From positions 12,457 through 76,456 of the forward strand of contig CAVPPZ010000024.1 in NCBI GenBank assembly GCA_963707305.1: a DNA stretch of 64,000 bases, in the 5' to 3' direction. The position numbers and the translations under genes are program-made. Shown here piece after piece: positions 34,701 to 45,853 of the stretch (the stretch's first letter is position 1; each line of letters opens with the position of its first letter). The notes beneath the pieces were generated by a model. It had not been told where the DNA came from, ran no database searches, and worked only from the letters and a program-made list of their open reading frames with translations. Source of the DNA: an uncultured Candidatus Rokubacteria bacterium (GTDB lineage: Bacteria > Methylomirabilota > Methylomirabilia > Rokubacteriales > CSP1-6).

Positions 34701-37700
34701 TCGCGAGAATCGTGAAGCCGGCCGGAACCGTCGGGAACGTGAGGCCGAAGGTGTCCGTGGGACCGAGGTTGCGGATGACCGCTCGGAACGCCGAGGGGAC
34801 CTGGGCACCGCCGAACGGCACGGTGAACAGCGGATCGGGATCGATCCGGACGATCACAGCCGGCGCCGTGGCGCCGACCGTGACCACGAGATCGGCCTGG
34901 GCGACGAGATCGGGCCGCGACTTCGATCGTGCCGTGACGCTGAGGGGCACGACGCCGCTCGAGAGACCGGCCGCCGGCGTGACGCTGATCACGCCGCTCG
35001 CGTTGACGGTCACCGTCCATTCGTCCGGCGCTTTGACATCGACGATGTACGTGTCGGCCAGACTCGTGACGATGGTGACGGTCGAATTCCCCGGAGCGGT
35101 CCGATTGGCGGAGACGGCGGCGGGACTCGCACTCGCGCGGAGCACATGCTCCGTCGCTCCGTCGATGGCGACGGTGTCGGTGCTCACCCCCGCCGTCACG
35201 TCGATCGCTCCGGTGAAGCCACCGAGCGTGAATCCGGTCGTGAGGGGAAGCGGCGTTCCGCCGACCGTGAGATTGCCGGATCCGGGGCCCGACCGAGACG
35301 ACGCCGGCGAACGAGGTCCACGCTGGCCGTGCCCGCAAAGCTCGGCGACGTGCTCGGGCCGGCGCCCGTCAGCGTGGCGGCGGTCGTGGTGATGGTGTAC
35401 GTGCCGGCGGGAAGCGGCGTCCCGTTGATCGCGAGGCCGTCCGTCGTGACCCGGAGACTCGTGGCCCCTGACAGCGTCGCGGTGTAGGTGTCCCAGCGGC
35501 CGCCGACGCCGAGGTCCGTGGTGGCCGGGGCGTAGAAGCCCAGGTCGCCTCGTCCCTGCACAGCGATGGCGCCCGTGGTGGCCTCGACCGCGGCGCCGGC
35601 CGGCGCCTGGAGCGTGATCGCTCCCGCTCCCACCGGCGCGCCGTTGCCGTCGACCACGGAGCCGTTCGCGATCGTCATGGAATTCGCGACGAAGCTGCTC
35701 GTCCCGGCGCTGCTCCACGCGGCCTGCATCTGACCCGTCACCGCGGTGCTCGCGGACGTGACGCGATCCCTGGACGGTCCCGGCCGTTGCCGTCGCGGCG
35801 ACGGGCACCTCGGCCCGGGCGACGTTTGGTTCGGACGGCACGGGTGGCGTCGGATCGAACGCGTAACCCGAGAGGGGCGGATCGTTCGAGAAGTTCTGGC
35901 CGATCGTCACCCCGAGGATGTACCCGGCCCCGAACGCCGTCCGCGGCGGGACCTTCTTCTTGCTGTCCTCGAGGAACTGCTTGACGATGCTGATCGCGTT
36001 CTTCCACGCGAGGATCTTGCACACCAGGAAGTCCACGGCCTGGCAGGCGTCGCTGTTCGTGATGGCGGCGCCGAGGATGAAGACGATCGCCTTCGCGAAC
36101 GTCGTCGTCTGCATCCCGACCATCATGCCGAGGGCGAAGTCGTTGGCCCGCGCAAGATAGGTGATTAAGGTCTTGGTCGCGGCGGACTCGACGCTGCCCT
36201 GGTGGCCGCCGTCGTCGAGCACGCCGATGGTGTCGCCCGTGGTCAGATCGGACTCGTACCATCCGACGCGCTGCCGTCCGTCGATCTCGACGCCGCGCAC
36301 CGGGACGAGCGCCATGCGGTTCTGGACCACCGCGTCGGCGATGAGGACCTTGGCGTCGGCCGGAATGTCGAGCGCGTCGAGCTGGGCGACGTTGGCGGCC
36401 GTGATCACGACGGTCTCGATCCCTTGCGCGGCCACCAGCTCGAAGATCCGGTGCGCGCTCAGCGGCGTCGTCGTGTGCCAGCCCGTCGACCTGCGGCGGC
36501 GTGCCGACCGCGAGCGTCTCGAACTTGGTGTCCGTGTAGCCGCGGATCAGATTGAAGCTGATCGGCACCACCGCGTTCTGGCCGGGCGCCGCCAGCGCGC
36601 GGATGTCGTTCTTGCGCAGGTCGATCGCGAAGCTGAACGAGAGCAATCCGGCCGGCGAGAACTCCGCGCGCGTCTGGAAGATGCTGATCCGCGGGCTGTC
36701 GAAGTAGGCCACGACCTTCGTGGAGCGCGCCATGCCCGCCGTGAACTCGTCGGAGATCGAGGCGAACTCCAGCAGGCGCGATCGCCCCATCGCGACCATC
36801 GCCGTCTCGCATGACGTCGTTCGCGCGGGGCGCGAAGAGCGTCTGCGCCGGCCCGGGCGACGTCGCCGCCACCTGCGCCTGGAATTCGAGCGCGGCCTTC
36901 TGAAGCACGGCGAGCTGTGCCGTCGCGGAGGTGAGCACGCTCGGGTCGTACGGGCCCGGCATGATGCTGATGGTCGTGATGTCGAACGGGGAGACGAGGA
37001 ACGGCGCCTGCGGGTTGATGGTGGCGGCGCCGGTGCCGCCGTGACGGCGGGCGGCGATGCCGATCCGATCCGCGATCGTCCGCCGGTAGTTGCGCGTGGT
37101 GCCGTCGGGAGCCACCACGTCCAGCTCGAGGAAGAGGCCGGTGAGGATCTGGCTTCCGAGCGGGAAGTTCGTCAGGACTTCCTGGTAGTCCTGGCCCCGG
37201 ATGACACCGTCGCGAGACGGGTCGAGGGCGTTGCCGCCGACGACCATGTAGGGCGAATACGTGTTGGTGACGGCCGTGAAGATGGCGCCGATCCCGTTGC
37301 TCTCGACGATGTGGCCGATGGAGAGCGGCCGGCCCACGACCTCCACGGTCCGCACGACCTGATCGATCACCGGCGCGAGATCCTGCCCGGGGATGCCGAA
37401 GAGCGCGGTGGCCTGGGAGGTCAGCTCGCGCATCAGACGCACGACGACCTTGTGGCGCAGCTCGTCCGGCACCTCCGCGAACGTCTGGGTGGCCGTGGTC
37501 AGGACCTGGCCGATCTGCGCGCTCGCGAAGGTGGGGTCAGCGGCCTGGAACCCTCCGCCGCTGTCGAGCTCCACCCAGAAGTGGTCGCGCGCCTCGCCCA
37601 GCAGCTTGAGATCGTTCACCGGATCCGCGACCTGGGTCCCCGGCGGAACGAGCGCCACCGTGCGGAGCGCCGGAGGGAACATCGAGGCGATGAGCTGGCG

Positions 37701-38517
37701 CGCGAGCCCGTCAGGAAGCGTGCCCACGCGCGTAGCGGGCGGGAATGCCGGAGGCTCGGAGCAGCGCCACGAGGAGACTCGCGCGGTCGAGCGCGTTCCC
37801 CGCCTTGTTCCACAAGGTGCCGCGGGCGCCTCGCAGCGAGCCCGGGTAGGCGTGATAGCCGATCTCGTCGCGCACGAAGGTGAAGATCCGCGTGGCGTCG
37901 TACCCGAGCTCCGCGGCCTTCGCCAGCACGAAGGGGTCGGTCGTCTCGGCATCCAGCGTTGAACGCAGCAGGGCCTCGTCGACGGCGCCGGAACGGAGCG
38001 TCGCGGCCGATGTGCTCGCGCTGATCGCGCGCGCGTTGAGCGTGGCAAACGCCCGCGCTCCGTCGTCGATCTGGGTGGGGATGGGGTTCGGGACCGTGAC
38101 GGTGAGCTGGACCGTCGTGGCCGCGAACGGCGCGAGCGTCCCCAGGCTCCACGCCAGCTCTCCTGCCTTGCGATCCGGAAGGGGCGAGGCGCTCGTAACA
38201 CTGATGCCGGGGCGCAACGTCGTCGCGAGCAGCACGCCCGTGATGGGCGTCGCCTGTCGGTTGGCCACGACGTAGGTCACCGTGATGCGGTTGTTCAGGA
38301 CGGCGCCCGTCGTGGAGGGGGTCACGATTCGCGACACGGCAATGTCGGGCGCCAGCACGGTTGACGGCTGCGCGGCCGCCGGGCTGGGCTTCAGCGCGGC
38401 AAGCGGATCGAAGGGCAGCAGCTCAACGGGCGGGAGCAGCCCCACCAGGAGCGCGACGGCGAGCAGCCGGCCGACCAGAGGGAACCAGGGCACGCGCGAG
38501 CGGGTCGATCCAATCAT
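28755..38517 (-). CDS. Giant secreted multidomain protein (~3,200 aa, broken by about 10 indels): signal peptide, Ig-like domain, transglutaminase-like core, hydrophobic segment, Ig/beta-rich region, LVIVD-like propeller, 4 PKD-like repeats, RTX-like Ca-binding tail
   Basis: Contiguous same-strand ORF pieces from 38517 to 28755 with no evident intergenic gaps; GAGGAG RBS before the start; motifs GSLRGARGTLWNKAGNALDRASLLVALLRASGIPARY, DHFWVE, IVDVSDPENP, PIADAGPD..LDGS.S.DPDG and GGPGND repeats. Confidence 0.7.
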
Positions 38518-38723
38518 CGAGGGCTCCTCGTGGTCGCGGCCTCATCAATCGAGACGATAGGGACGCCGGCGACCGAAACAATGGCGTGTGGTATGCAGCG
38601 CGGAAAGACCGAGCGTGACGCTTGTAACAGACGTGCTCCTGACATCTTGACCCGACTCACTACGCGAGGAAAATAGTGGGGGGCAATACGCCACCTGGCG
38701 TACGCGCAATCGCGGGGAACTTC

Positions 38724-39803
38724 ATGAAGCGATCGAGCGGGCGCGACGTGTCGGCGGTGCTGGAGTTCCTGCGGGAGATCTATGCGCAGCCGGACGTGAA
38801 CGGCTTCGTCCAGCGAGCCGTCGATAGGTTACCGCGCCTCATCGCCGCCGACATGTCCTCGTTCAACGAGGTCGACCCGCGGACGGGGCACTACCGGACG
38901 GTCGTCACGCCGCCCGGGGCGGATCTCTTCCCGCACAGCGAGGAGATCTTCGAGCGCCACGTCCGCGACCATCCGTACGTCGTCAACGTCCGGCGATTCG
39001 AGGATGGCGAGGCCCACGCGCTCTCGGAGTTCGTGAGCCGGGCAGACTTTCGCCGCTCGGCGATCTACAACGAGTACTACCGGCACACGCGCACCGAGCA
39101 TCAACTGGCCATCGCCGTGCCCGGGGCGGGGTTCCAGGTGCGGGGATTCGCGCTCAACCGGGGGCGCCGCGATTTTTCGGCAGGGGAACGGCGCCTGCTC
39201 AGCGCGCTCGGCCCTCATCTCGTCCAGGCCCACCGCAACGCCGAGTTGCTGGCGAGCGCGGCCCGCCACGACGGCCCCGCCGACGGCGACCGGACGACGA
39301 CCGACGTGGAGGTGGTGCTCCTGTCGAGCGGCGGAACCGTGCAGTTCGCGACGCCGCGCGCCCGCTCGTGGCTCGCCTCGTACTTCGGCGGATCGCGCGC
39401 CCGCGACGGCCGCTTGCCCGGGACGCTGGCCGACTGGTTGAGCGCGCAGGCGTCCGCGCTCGAGGGCGGCGACGGTGTGCCGCCGCCGCGCCGGCCGTTC
39501 GTCGTGGGAAGCGAAGGCGCGCGACTCGAGATCCGGGTCGCGGAGTGGGGTCAGCGTGCCCTGCTCGTCCGCGAAAGCCGTCGGGCGTCGTCCACGGAGG
39601 TTCTCGTGGCGCTCGGGCTCAGCCCGCGCGAAGCGCAGGTGCTCGCGTGGGTGGCCGAAGGCAAGACGAACAGCGAGATCGGGATCATCCTGGGTGCGCG
39701 CCCGCGCACGGTCGCCAAGCATCTCGAGCGGATCTTCCGGAAGCTGGGCGTCGAGACGCGGACCGCCGCCGCCGCCTCGGTCCTGCATCGTCCGACCGTT
39801 TGA
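38724..39803 (+). CDS. LuxR-type HTH regulator with N-terminal GAF-like sensor
   Basis: GLSPREAQVLAWVAEGKTNSEIGIILG..RTVAKHLERIFRKLGV; ALNRGRRDFS in the sensor region; divergent from the giant gene. Confidence 0.88.
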   Translation: MKRSSGRDVSAVLEFLREIYAQPDVNGFVQRAVDRLPRLIAADMSSFNEVDPRTGHYRTVVTPPGADLFPHSEEIFERHVRDHPYVVNVRRFEDGEAHALSEFVSRADFRRSAIYNEYYRHTRTEHQLAIAVPGAGFQVRGFALNRGRRDFSAGERRLLSALGPHLVQAHRNAELLASAARHDGPADGDRTTTDVEVVLLSSGGTVQFATPRARSWLASYFGGSRARDGRLPGTLADWLSAQASALEGGDGVPPPRRPFVVGSEGARLEIRVAEWGQRALLVRESRRASSTEVLVALGLSPREAQVLAWVAEGKTNSEIGIILGARPRTVAKHLERIFRKLGVETRTAAAASVLHRPTV

Positions 39804-39877
39804 CATGGGGGGCTCCGGGCGCCCCCCAAACCCCCCACGCCTCCGGGCGGACCTGAAGTCCGCCCTCCGGCGAGTGT
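39801..39877 (+). repeat. Structured repeat copy starting at the LuxR stop codon
   Basis: TGACATGGGGGG...CCCCCCAAACCCCCC, then hairpin GGCGGAC-CTGAA-GTCCGCC; near-identical to 9599-9680. Confidence 0.82.
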
Positions 39878-39922
39878 CGTTACCCGACTACACACTCGGA
39901 TCGGATCGTATACGATCGGGTC

Positions 39923-41330
39923 ATGACGCACACTGACTTGGCCGGACTCGCCGTGTCCACCACCTCGTCCGACGCCCTCTCCACCTACGAACGCGGGGTC
40001 GACCTGTTCCTGCGCTGGCGCGCCGGATCCATGGAGGCGCTGGACGCCGCGCAGAAAGCGGATCCGCGCTTCGCCCTGGCCGCGTGCACGCGGGCGTACA
40101 TCGCGTGGCGGATGGGACGCGTGGATCTCGCCGAGCCCGCCGCGCAGCAGGCGGTCGCGCTCGCGGACACCGCGCAGCACGAGCGCGAGCGCCGGCACGT
40201 CGAGGTGGTCGATGCCATGCGACGCGGCGAATCGGTCAGCGCCTGCCAGATGCTGGAGCGGCTCGCCGCCGACCATCCCACGGATCGCCTGGCGGTGCGC
40301 CTCGCGGGCCTGAACTGCATCACCCAGGGCAACTACCCGGGCGGCATCGACATCGCGCGGCGCAGTCTCGAGGCGAGCCCCGACGAGCCGCAGTACCTCA
40401 CGATGCTCGGCTTCTTCCTGGAGCAATCGGGCTACAACGACGAAGGGCTCGCGGTGAGCCTGCGCTCGCTCGCGAAGGATCCGACCAATCTCTACACGTA
40501 CCACGCGGTCGGGCACGCGTATCAGGCGCGCGGCGACTATGCGCAACACGCTGGAGACGTTCGAGCGCGCGGCCTCGCTGGAGCGCTACGCGCACGTCCT
40601 CTGGCACCTCGCGGAGGCGCACGCGATCCTCGGCGACGCGCGGATGACGCGCGACTACTGGGCCTCCACCACGCCGTCGCTGCCGCTGTACGAGCGCATC
40701 GAGCTCCTGTGGCGTCTCGAGGTGCTGCGTCACACGCGCACGGACGACGCGATCTGGCAGGACCTCGCCAGACAGGGCGAGCGCCTGCTCCAGCACGCCG
40801 AGTTCCTGACGACGTGGATGCACCACTGGCTCGGCGTCGCGTTCGCGCACGTCGGCGACTGGGACAAGGCCACGCGACAGCTCGAGCGGCTGCGCCGTCT
40901 GCCCGAAGGCCGCGCGGGCGGCCACTGGTCGACGCGGGGCGCGGCGTTGCTCGAGGGCGAGATGGCGATCATGCGGGGCGACGACGCCACCGCGGTGCGC
41001 ATGATGACGCCCGCCGTGGAGCAGCTCGACTCGATGGGCGGAGGGAGCCGCGAGCAGAAGGACATCTTCCGCGACGTGGTGCTCGAGCTGCACCGCCGGC
41101 TCGGTCACGTCGACGAGGTGATCGCGCGGGCGCAGCAGCGGCTGCTCGCGAACCCGCACCATCTCCAGTCGCTCGCGGCGCTGACCTGGGCCTACGAACG
41201 GAAGGGCGACGCCGCGCTCCAGCGGCAGGCCTGCCGCCAGCTCGTGCTGCGCGCGCAGGAGGTGAACGCGTCCGACGCGCCGGAAGTGCTGGCGGCGCGG
41301 AAGGTGCTCGGAAGGGAGAACGACCGATGA
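39923..41330 (+). CDS. TPR protein (TTC38-like), frameshift near 40540
   Basis: ADPRFALA, YHAVGH, HVLWHLA and MGGSREQKDIF; helical repeats. Confidence 0.7.
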
Positions 41331-41820
41331 GAGTGACCCTCTGGAGCGTGATGCTGGTCGCGGTCGTGGTGGCGCTGGCGGCGCCAGCCGGGCCGGCGGC
41401 GGCCCTGAACGTCACCGGACACGTGGACGGGGACCCTCAACTGCGACGACCCTCGTCAACGACAATCCCCAGAGCAGCGTTGCCGTCTCGCACGACCAGT
41501 CTTTCGAAGATCGTCATGACGAGCGGACACGAGTTCGTGGCGGAGCTGAACGGCAGCCCCATGGCCGGCCTGGCGCATCGACGACGGCCGGATCCAGACT
41601 CGCCGCGGCGAGGTCGCCGCTCAGTTCTGTGTCGGCACCCCCACCTTCAACGGGATCCTGGCGCTCAACGCCTCGGTCGAACGACACGACCGGCGCCGGC
41701 ACCCTCAGCGGAGAGTTCATCGAGTTCTCGAGGACGCTCTCCCTCCCTTCGTCTTCATCTGCCGGGCCTCGTTCCGCCGCACGGACCCGACGGCGCCGAC
41801 GCTCGACCAGCTCCTGCTAG
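41327..41820 (+). CDS. Secreted hypothetical protein (frameshifted)
   Basis: Signal peptide MRVTLWSVMLVAVVVALAAPAGPAAA; beta-rich remainder. Confidence 0.45.
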
Positions 41821-41825
41821 CGGGT

Positions 41826-42705
41826 CTACGCGGGACGGGTTGAACGGCGAGTCATCGACGAAGCGCCAGCCGAGCGGGCCTCGCCCGGCGATCTCCACGA
41901 CCTCACCGATCTCGATCTCGAGTCGCCCGCGCCGGCTCCCAGAGGATGCGCGCCTCTCCGGTGAGCTGCAGCGTGGTTCCCGTGTCGAAGCTCACGAAGA
42001 GCAGGCCCACCCGCGGATCCACGGCGATGTTGCCGAGCGTCTGGAACATGTTGTTGCCGGCGTAGTCGGGAATGCGTAGCGTCCGCTCGTCCACGACCCG
42101 CACGAAGCCGGGCTGGCCTCCGCGATGCGACGCATCGGCCCCGGCATCCGCGTGCACGCTCGCGATGAAGAAGGTGTCGGCCGCCTCGATCGCCGATCGC
42201 TGATCGGCCGAGAGCCCCGAGCTTCGCGCCGCCACGCCGGCCCGATCGTGGCGCGTGGTGCGCCGTCGGCCGCGCGCGCCTGGATGTATTTCGGGCAATT
42301 GCCGAACACTTCTTCGGTGCGGACCTCGAGTGGCGCCCGCGTGCGCGTCGACCACGCGCCCGTTGATGCGCAGCCGCCGGCGCCGCTCGGGATCGAACAC
42401 GAGGACGCCGAGCGCGGAATCTCTCACGAGGGCCGCATGCAACGGATCGGCGGTCGAGAGCCCGGCGGCCAGACGCAACGTGCGCGGATCCGCCGACGTG
42501 ATGAACCCCGGATTGCCGACGACGAGCGACGCCCAGACGTGCCCGGCCTGGTCCATCCCGGCGAGGATCGCGATGCGCTGCGCGGCGAGAAACGGTCCGG
42601 CGCCGGCGGGATCGTGTCGGAGATGCCGCGACCGAGACTCCTCGCCTCGCCGTCGACGCCGGCCCGCGACTGCACCGCCCGTTCGCCTGCGTGGAAGCGG
42701 TCCAT
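41826..42705 (-). CDS. Pyridoxamine 5'-phosphate oxidase-like FMN-binding protein (frameshifted)
   Basis: FHAGERAVQ, RRLRING, FGNCPKYIQAR, DASHRGG.PGFV and PDYAGNNMFQTLGN. Confidence 0.85.
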
Positions 42706-42824
42706 GTCCGTTCGGACGACGGCGGCGCCGCGAGGGATTCGCGCACCCTGCCGCCCGTTGCGGCGACCCGCGGGAGGTGGTTGAATGCCGCTCTCGACCG
42801 TCACGACCAGAGGGGGTCCGCACG

Positions 42825-43340
42825 ATGTCCAGAATCAAGCTGATCCACCACATCAACGTGCCCATCAGCGATCGTGAGCGGACGCGGGAGTGGTACGAGA
42901 AGGTCCTCGGGGCGGAGTTCCTGGACCGCGGCGCGGCCTCCAACAAGCGTCAGCTCCAGATGCGCCTCGGGACGGGCGAGATCCACTTCACGGAAACGCC
43001 ACGTCCGACACCGACCGCCTCGAGCCACTTCGCCCTCGAGATCGAGGACTGGAACGGCATGCTCGCGCACCTCGCCGCGCTCGGCATCAAGCACGTGCGG
43101 ACGTCGGCGGCGAGCGTCGCCGCCAACCTGGGTGGGACGGACCCGCAGCAGGGACGCCGGGACTATAGCGGCGAGCACTACACGTACCTCCACGATCCCG
43201 ACGGCAACATGATCGAGCTCGTGTACCACCCGCTCGGGCTGGAGGACGCCGACGGCAAGAAGGTGGAGGTGACGCACGACCCGCGGGGCCTGCGCTGGAC
43301 CTTGCGGCCCGGACTCGAGCGAGCGACCGCGACGTCCTGA
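42825..43340 (+). CDS. VOC/glyoxalase family protein
   Basis: IHHINV, WYEKVLG, HFALE and DPDGNMIEL. Confidence 0.85.
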   Translation: MSRIKLIHHINVPISDRERTREWYEKVLGAEFLDRGAASNKRQLQMRLGTGEIHFTETPRPTPTASSHFALEIEDWNGMLAHLAALGIKHVRTSAASVAANLGGTDPQQGRRDYSGEHYTYLHDPDGNMIELVYHPLGLEDADGKKVEVTHDPRGLRWTLRPGLERATATS

Positions 43341-43347
43341 GCCGCGC

Positions 43348-44208
43348 TTACCCCTTCACGTGCTGCGCGGCGAAGCCGATCAGCGCCTGCGCCAGGCCGG
43401 CCGGATTCTCCATCTGGAGCGCGTAGTCGCCCTCGACGTCGATGACGACCGCGTTCGTCCAGCAGGGCGCCACGGCCTTGGCGTCCTCGAGGCTCAGCTC
43501 CGCGCCCGTGCTCCCGCGCAGGATCGCCACGGGACAGCGGGTCTTCGCCGCGTACTTCCGCAAATCGTCCGCCATGTGGGCGAGGCCGATCGCCACGCGC
43601 ACGTTGTCGTACTTCATCGCGACGCCGCTCCCGGATCGCGTGGTGTTGTGCTCCAGGCGATGCCGCAACGACTCCTCGCGGTCCCGCCGGCGCTGGGACC
43701 GCACATAGTCGAGGGCCGCGTCCCGTGACGGGAACTCGGTCTTCGACTCGAGCATGCGCTGGGCGGCGCCGAGCACGTTGATCGTGGCCTGCCGGGTCGG
43801 GAAGAAATTGCTCATGTGCGGGCCCCCGACGAGTCCGAGCGCCTCGACGAGCTCGGGATGCGTCGCCGCGAAGACCATGCCGACCCGGCCGCCGAGGGAT
43901 TGACCGGCGACGATCGCCTTGTCGATGCCGATCTCGCGGAAGAACAGCAAGAGATCGTCGGCGTACTCCTCCGCCGAGTAGTCGCCATCGGGTCGCCCGC
44001 TGTCGCCATGGCCCCGCTGATCGAGCGCATACACGTGGAAGTGTTGCCCGAGGGCGTCCGCCGTCCATTCCCACATGCGGCCGTATCCGGACGATGGATG
44101 GAGCAGGACCAGGTTCGGCCGGGGACCGGGCCACTCGTAGTAGTGGAGCTTCAATCCGTTGGAAAGCAGCACGTCCTTCTCACGAACGTCGCGTGTCGTG
44201 CTGGTCAT
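43348..44208 (-). CDS. Alpha/beta hydrolase
   Basis: DQRGHGDS and GQSLGG nucleophile elbow. Confidence 0.85.
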   Translation of the reverse strand: MTSTTRDVREKDVLLSNGLKLHYYEWPGPRPNLVLLHPSSGYGRMWEWTADALGQHFHVYALDQRGHGDSGRPDGDYSAEEYADDLLLFFREIGIDKAIVAGQSLGGRVGMVFAATHPELVEALGLVGGPHMSNFFPTRQATINVLGAAQRMLESKTEFPSRDAALDYVRSQRRRDREESLRHRLEHNTTRSGSGVAMKYDNVRVAIGLAHMADDLRKYAAKTRCPVAILRGSTGAELSLEDAKAVAPCWTNAVVIDVEGDYALQMENPAGLAQALIGFAAQHVKG

Positions 44209-44275
44209 CTTTTCCCCCTCCCAGGTCTGGCGCGAGTATACGATCCGCGCAAGTCGGAGGTAGGGGGAGGGGCGT

Positions 44276-44791
44276 ATGCCGAGGATCGCGCTCGACCTGA
44301 ACGACGCGAAGGACCGACAGCCGCTGAAAGCGGAGTGGCGCGTCGCCCCGGGGCTCGTCCCGGGCGAACCCAACGAGGGCCTCACCGCGCAGCTTCGCGC
44401 GGCGCCCGCGCGGCTCGCGGATCACGACGACACCCGCTGGGACGTGTGCGCGAATGTCCGCGAGAGCCTCTCGGTCGGCTTCACGTTCGCGTGGTACCGG
44501 ATCGCGATCGTGGTGCCCGAGAGCGTCGGCGGGGTGGCGCTGGCGGGCTCGCGCGTGTGGTTCGAGACGAACGCCGACAACTACGGCGAGATCTGGATCG
44601 ACGGGAAGATCGACCGGAGCACGGGCGTGATCGTCGGCATCAACGCGTCGCAACGGGTGGAGGTGAGCGCCAGCGCGGTGCCCGGCGCCCGCCATGTCAT
44701 CGCGTGCCTCGTCGCCAACGGACCGCTGGCCGAGCCGCGCGGCGGCATCTTCCTGCGCTACGCGACGCTGGCCTTCGAGTCGCCGGGATAG
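44276..44791 (+). CDS. Hypothetical protein, possibly a galactose-binding-like jelly-roll domain
   Basis: FAWYR, DNYGEIWIDG and LVANG resemble GH2 N-terminal domain motifs; GGAGG RBS. Confidence 0.5.
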   Translation: MPRIALDLNDAKDRQPLKAEWRVAPGLVPGEPNEGLTAQLRAAPARLADHDDTRWDVCANVRESLSVGFTFAWYRIAIVVPESVGGVALAGSRVWFETNADNYGEIWIDGKIDRSTGVIVGINASQRVEVSASAVPGARHVIACLVANGPLAEPRGGIFLRYATLAFESPG

Positions 44792-44803
44792 CGCGAACTC
44801 CGG

Positions 44804-45853
44804 TCACGGCGTCTCCAGGAAGGCATCGGGCGGCAACGTGACGGTCGTCGCGTCCCCGGCCTGGAACAGCGCCGGGCCGGACACGGTCGCCAGCAGCCGG
44901 CCTCCGCCGTCGAGGTCCACCCGCAGCTCCGAGTGATCGCCGAGGAACATCACGCTCGCGATCCTGGCGCGCAGCGTGTTCGGCCCGGCGCCGCCGAGGA
45001 TCACGCGCTCCGGCCGGACGAGGAGCTGGATCGTCGCGCCGGGCGCGAGCGCCCGACCCAGGCGCACCTGCAGTCGCTGTCCGCCGGCGAGGGCCACCGT
45101 GGTCTCGTCGACCACGCGCCCCTCCAGCGCGGTCGACGCGCCGACGAAGTCCGCCACGAAGCGCGTGGCGGGCTGCTCGTACACCTCGCGCGGGGCGCCG
45201 AGCTGCTCGATGCGCCCCGCGTTCATCACCGCGATGCGGTCGGAGAGGCCGAGCGCTTCGTGCTGGTCGTGCGTGACGAACACCGTCGTGATCCCGACCT
45301 CGCGCTGGATGTCCTTGAGCTCCGCGCGCATCTGCTCGCGCAGCTTCCGGTCGAGCGCGGCGAGCGGCTCGTCGAGCAGCAGCACGCGCGGCCGGATCAC
45401 CAGCGCGCGCGCGAGCGCCACGCGCTGCTGCATGCCGCCCGAGAGCTGCGCGGGCGCCAGGTCACCCGCGTCCGGGAGCCGCACGAGCGCCAGCGCCTCG
45501 CGCACCCGAGCGCCGACGTCGCCGCGCGCCACGCCGCGCTCCCGGAGCCCGAAGGCCACGTTCTCCGCCACGCTCATGTGCGGGAACAGCGCGTAGGACT
45601 GGAACACCACGCCGAGCCCCCGCCGCCAGGCCGGCTGGCGCGTCACGTCCTGGCCGTCGAGGAGCACGCGCCCCGCGTCCGGCTCCACGAAGCCGGCGAT
45701 GACGTTCAGCGTCGACGTCTTGCCGCAGCCGGAGGGGCCGAGGAGCGACAGCATCTCGCCCTCGTGGACGGTCAGGTCGATCGCGTCGAGCGCGCGCACG
45801 GAGCCGTAGCGCTTGGTCACCCCTTCGAGCGCGACGACGGTCGTGCCGCTCAC
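44804..45853 (-). CDS. ABC transporter ATP-binding subunit (PotA-like)
   Basis: GPSGCGKT, LSGGMQQ, LLLDEP and TOBE-like C-terminus. Confidence 0.92.
   Translation of the reverse strand: MSGTTVVALEGVTKRYGSVRALDAIDLTVHEGEMLSLLGPSGCGKTSTLNVIAGFVEPDAGRVLLDGQDVTRQPAWRRGLGVVFQSYALFPHMSVAENVAFGLRERGVARGDVGARVREALALVRLPDAGDLAPAQLSGGMQQRVALARALVIRPRVLLLDEPLAALDRKLREQMRAELKDIQREVGITTVFVTHDQHEALGLSDRIAVMNAGRIEQLGAPREVYEQPATRFVADFVGASTALEGRVVDETTVALAGGQRLQVRLGRALAPGATIQLLVRPERVILGGAGPNTLRARIASVMFLGDHSELRVDLDGGGRLLATVSGPALFQAGDATTVTLPPDAFLETP

Noticed and set aside
10480-39803. Quorum-sensing circuit from the AHL-lactonase-like gene and the LuxR regulator
   Set aside because: The regulator has a GAF-like region rather than an evident autoinducer-binding domain, no LuxI is present, and the genes are about 27 kb apart.
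39904-39917. Perfect palindrome GATCGTATACGATC as a transcription-factor site
   Set aside because: It overlaps the putative -10 box and has only a partial echo near 44235, which is too little to call an operator.
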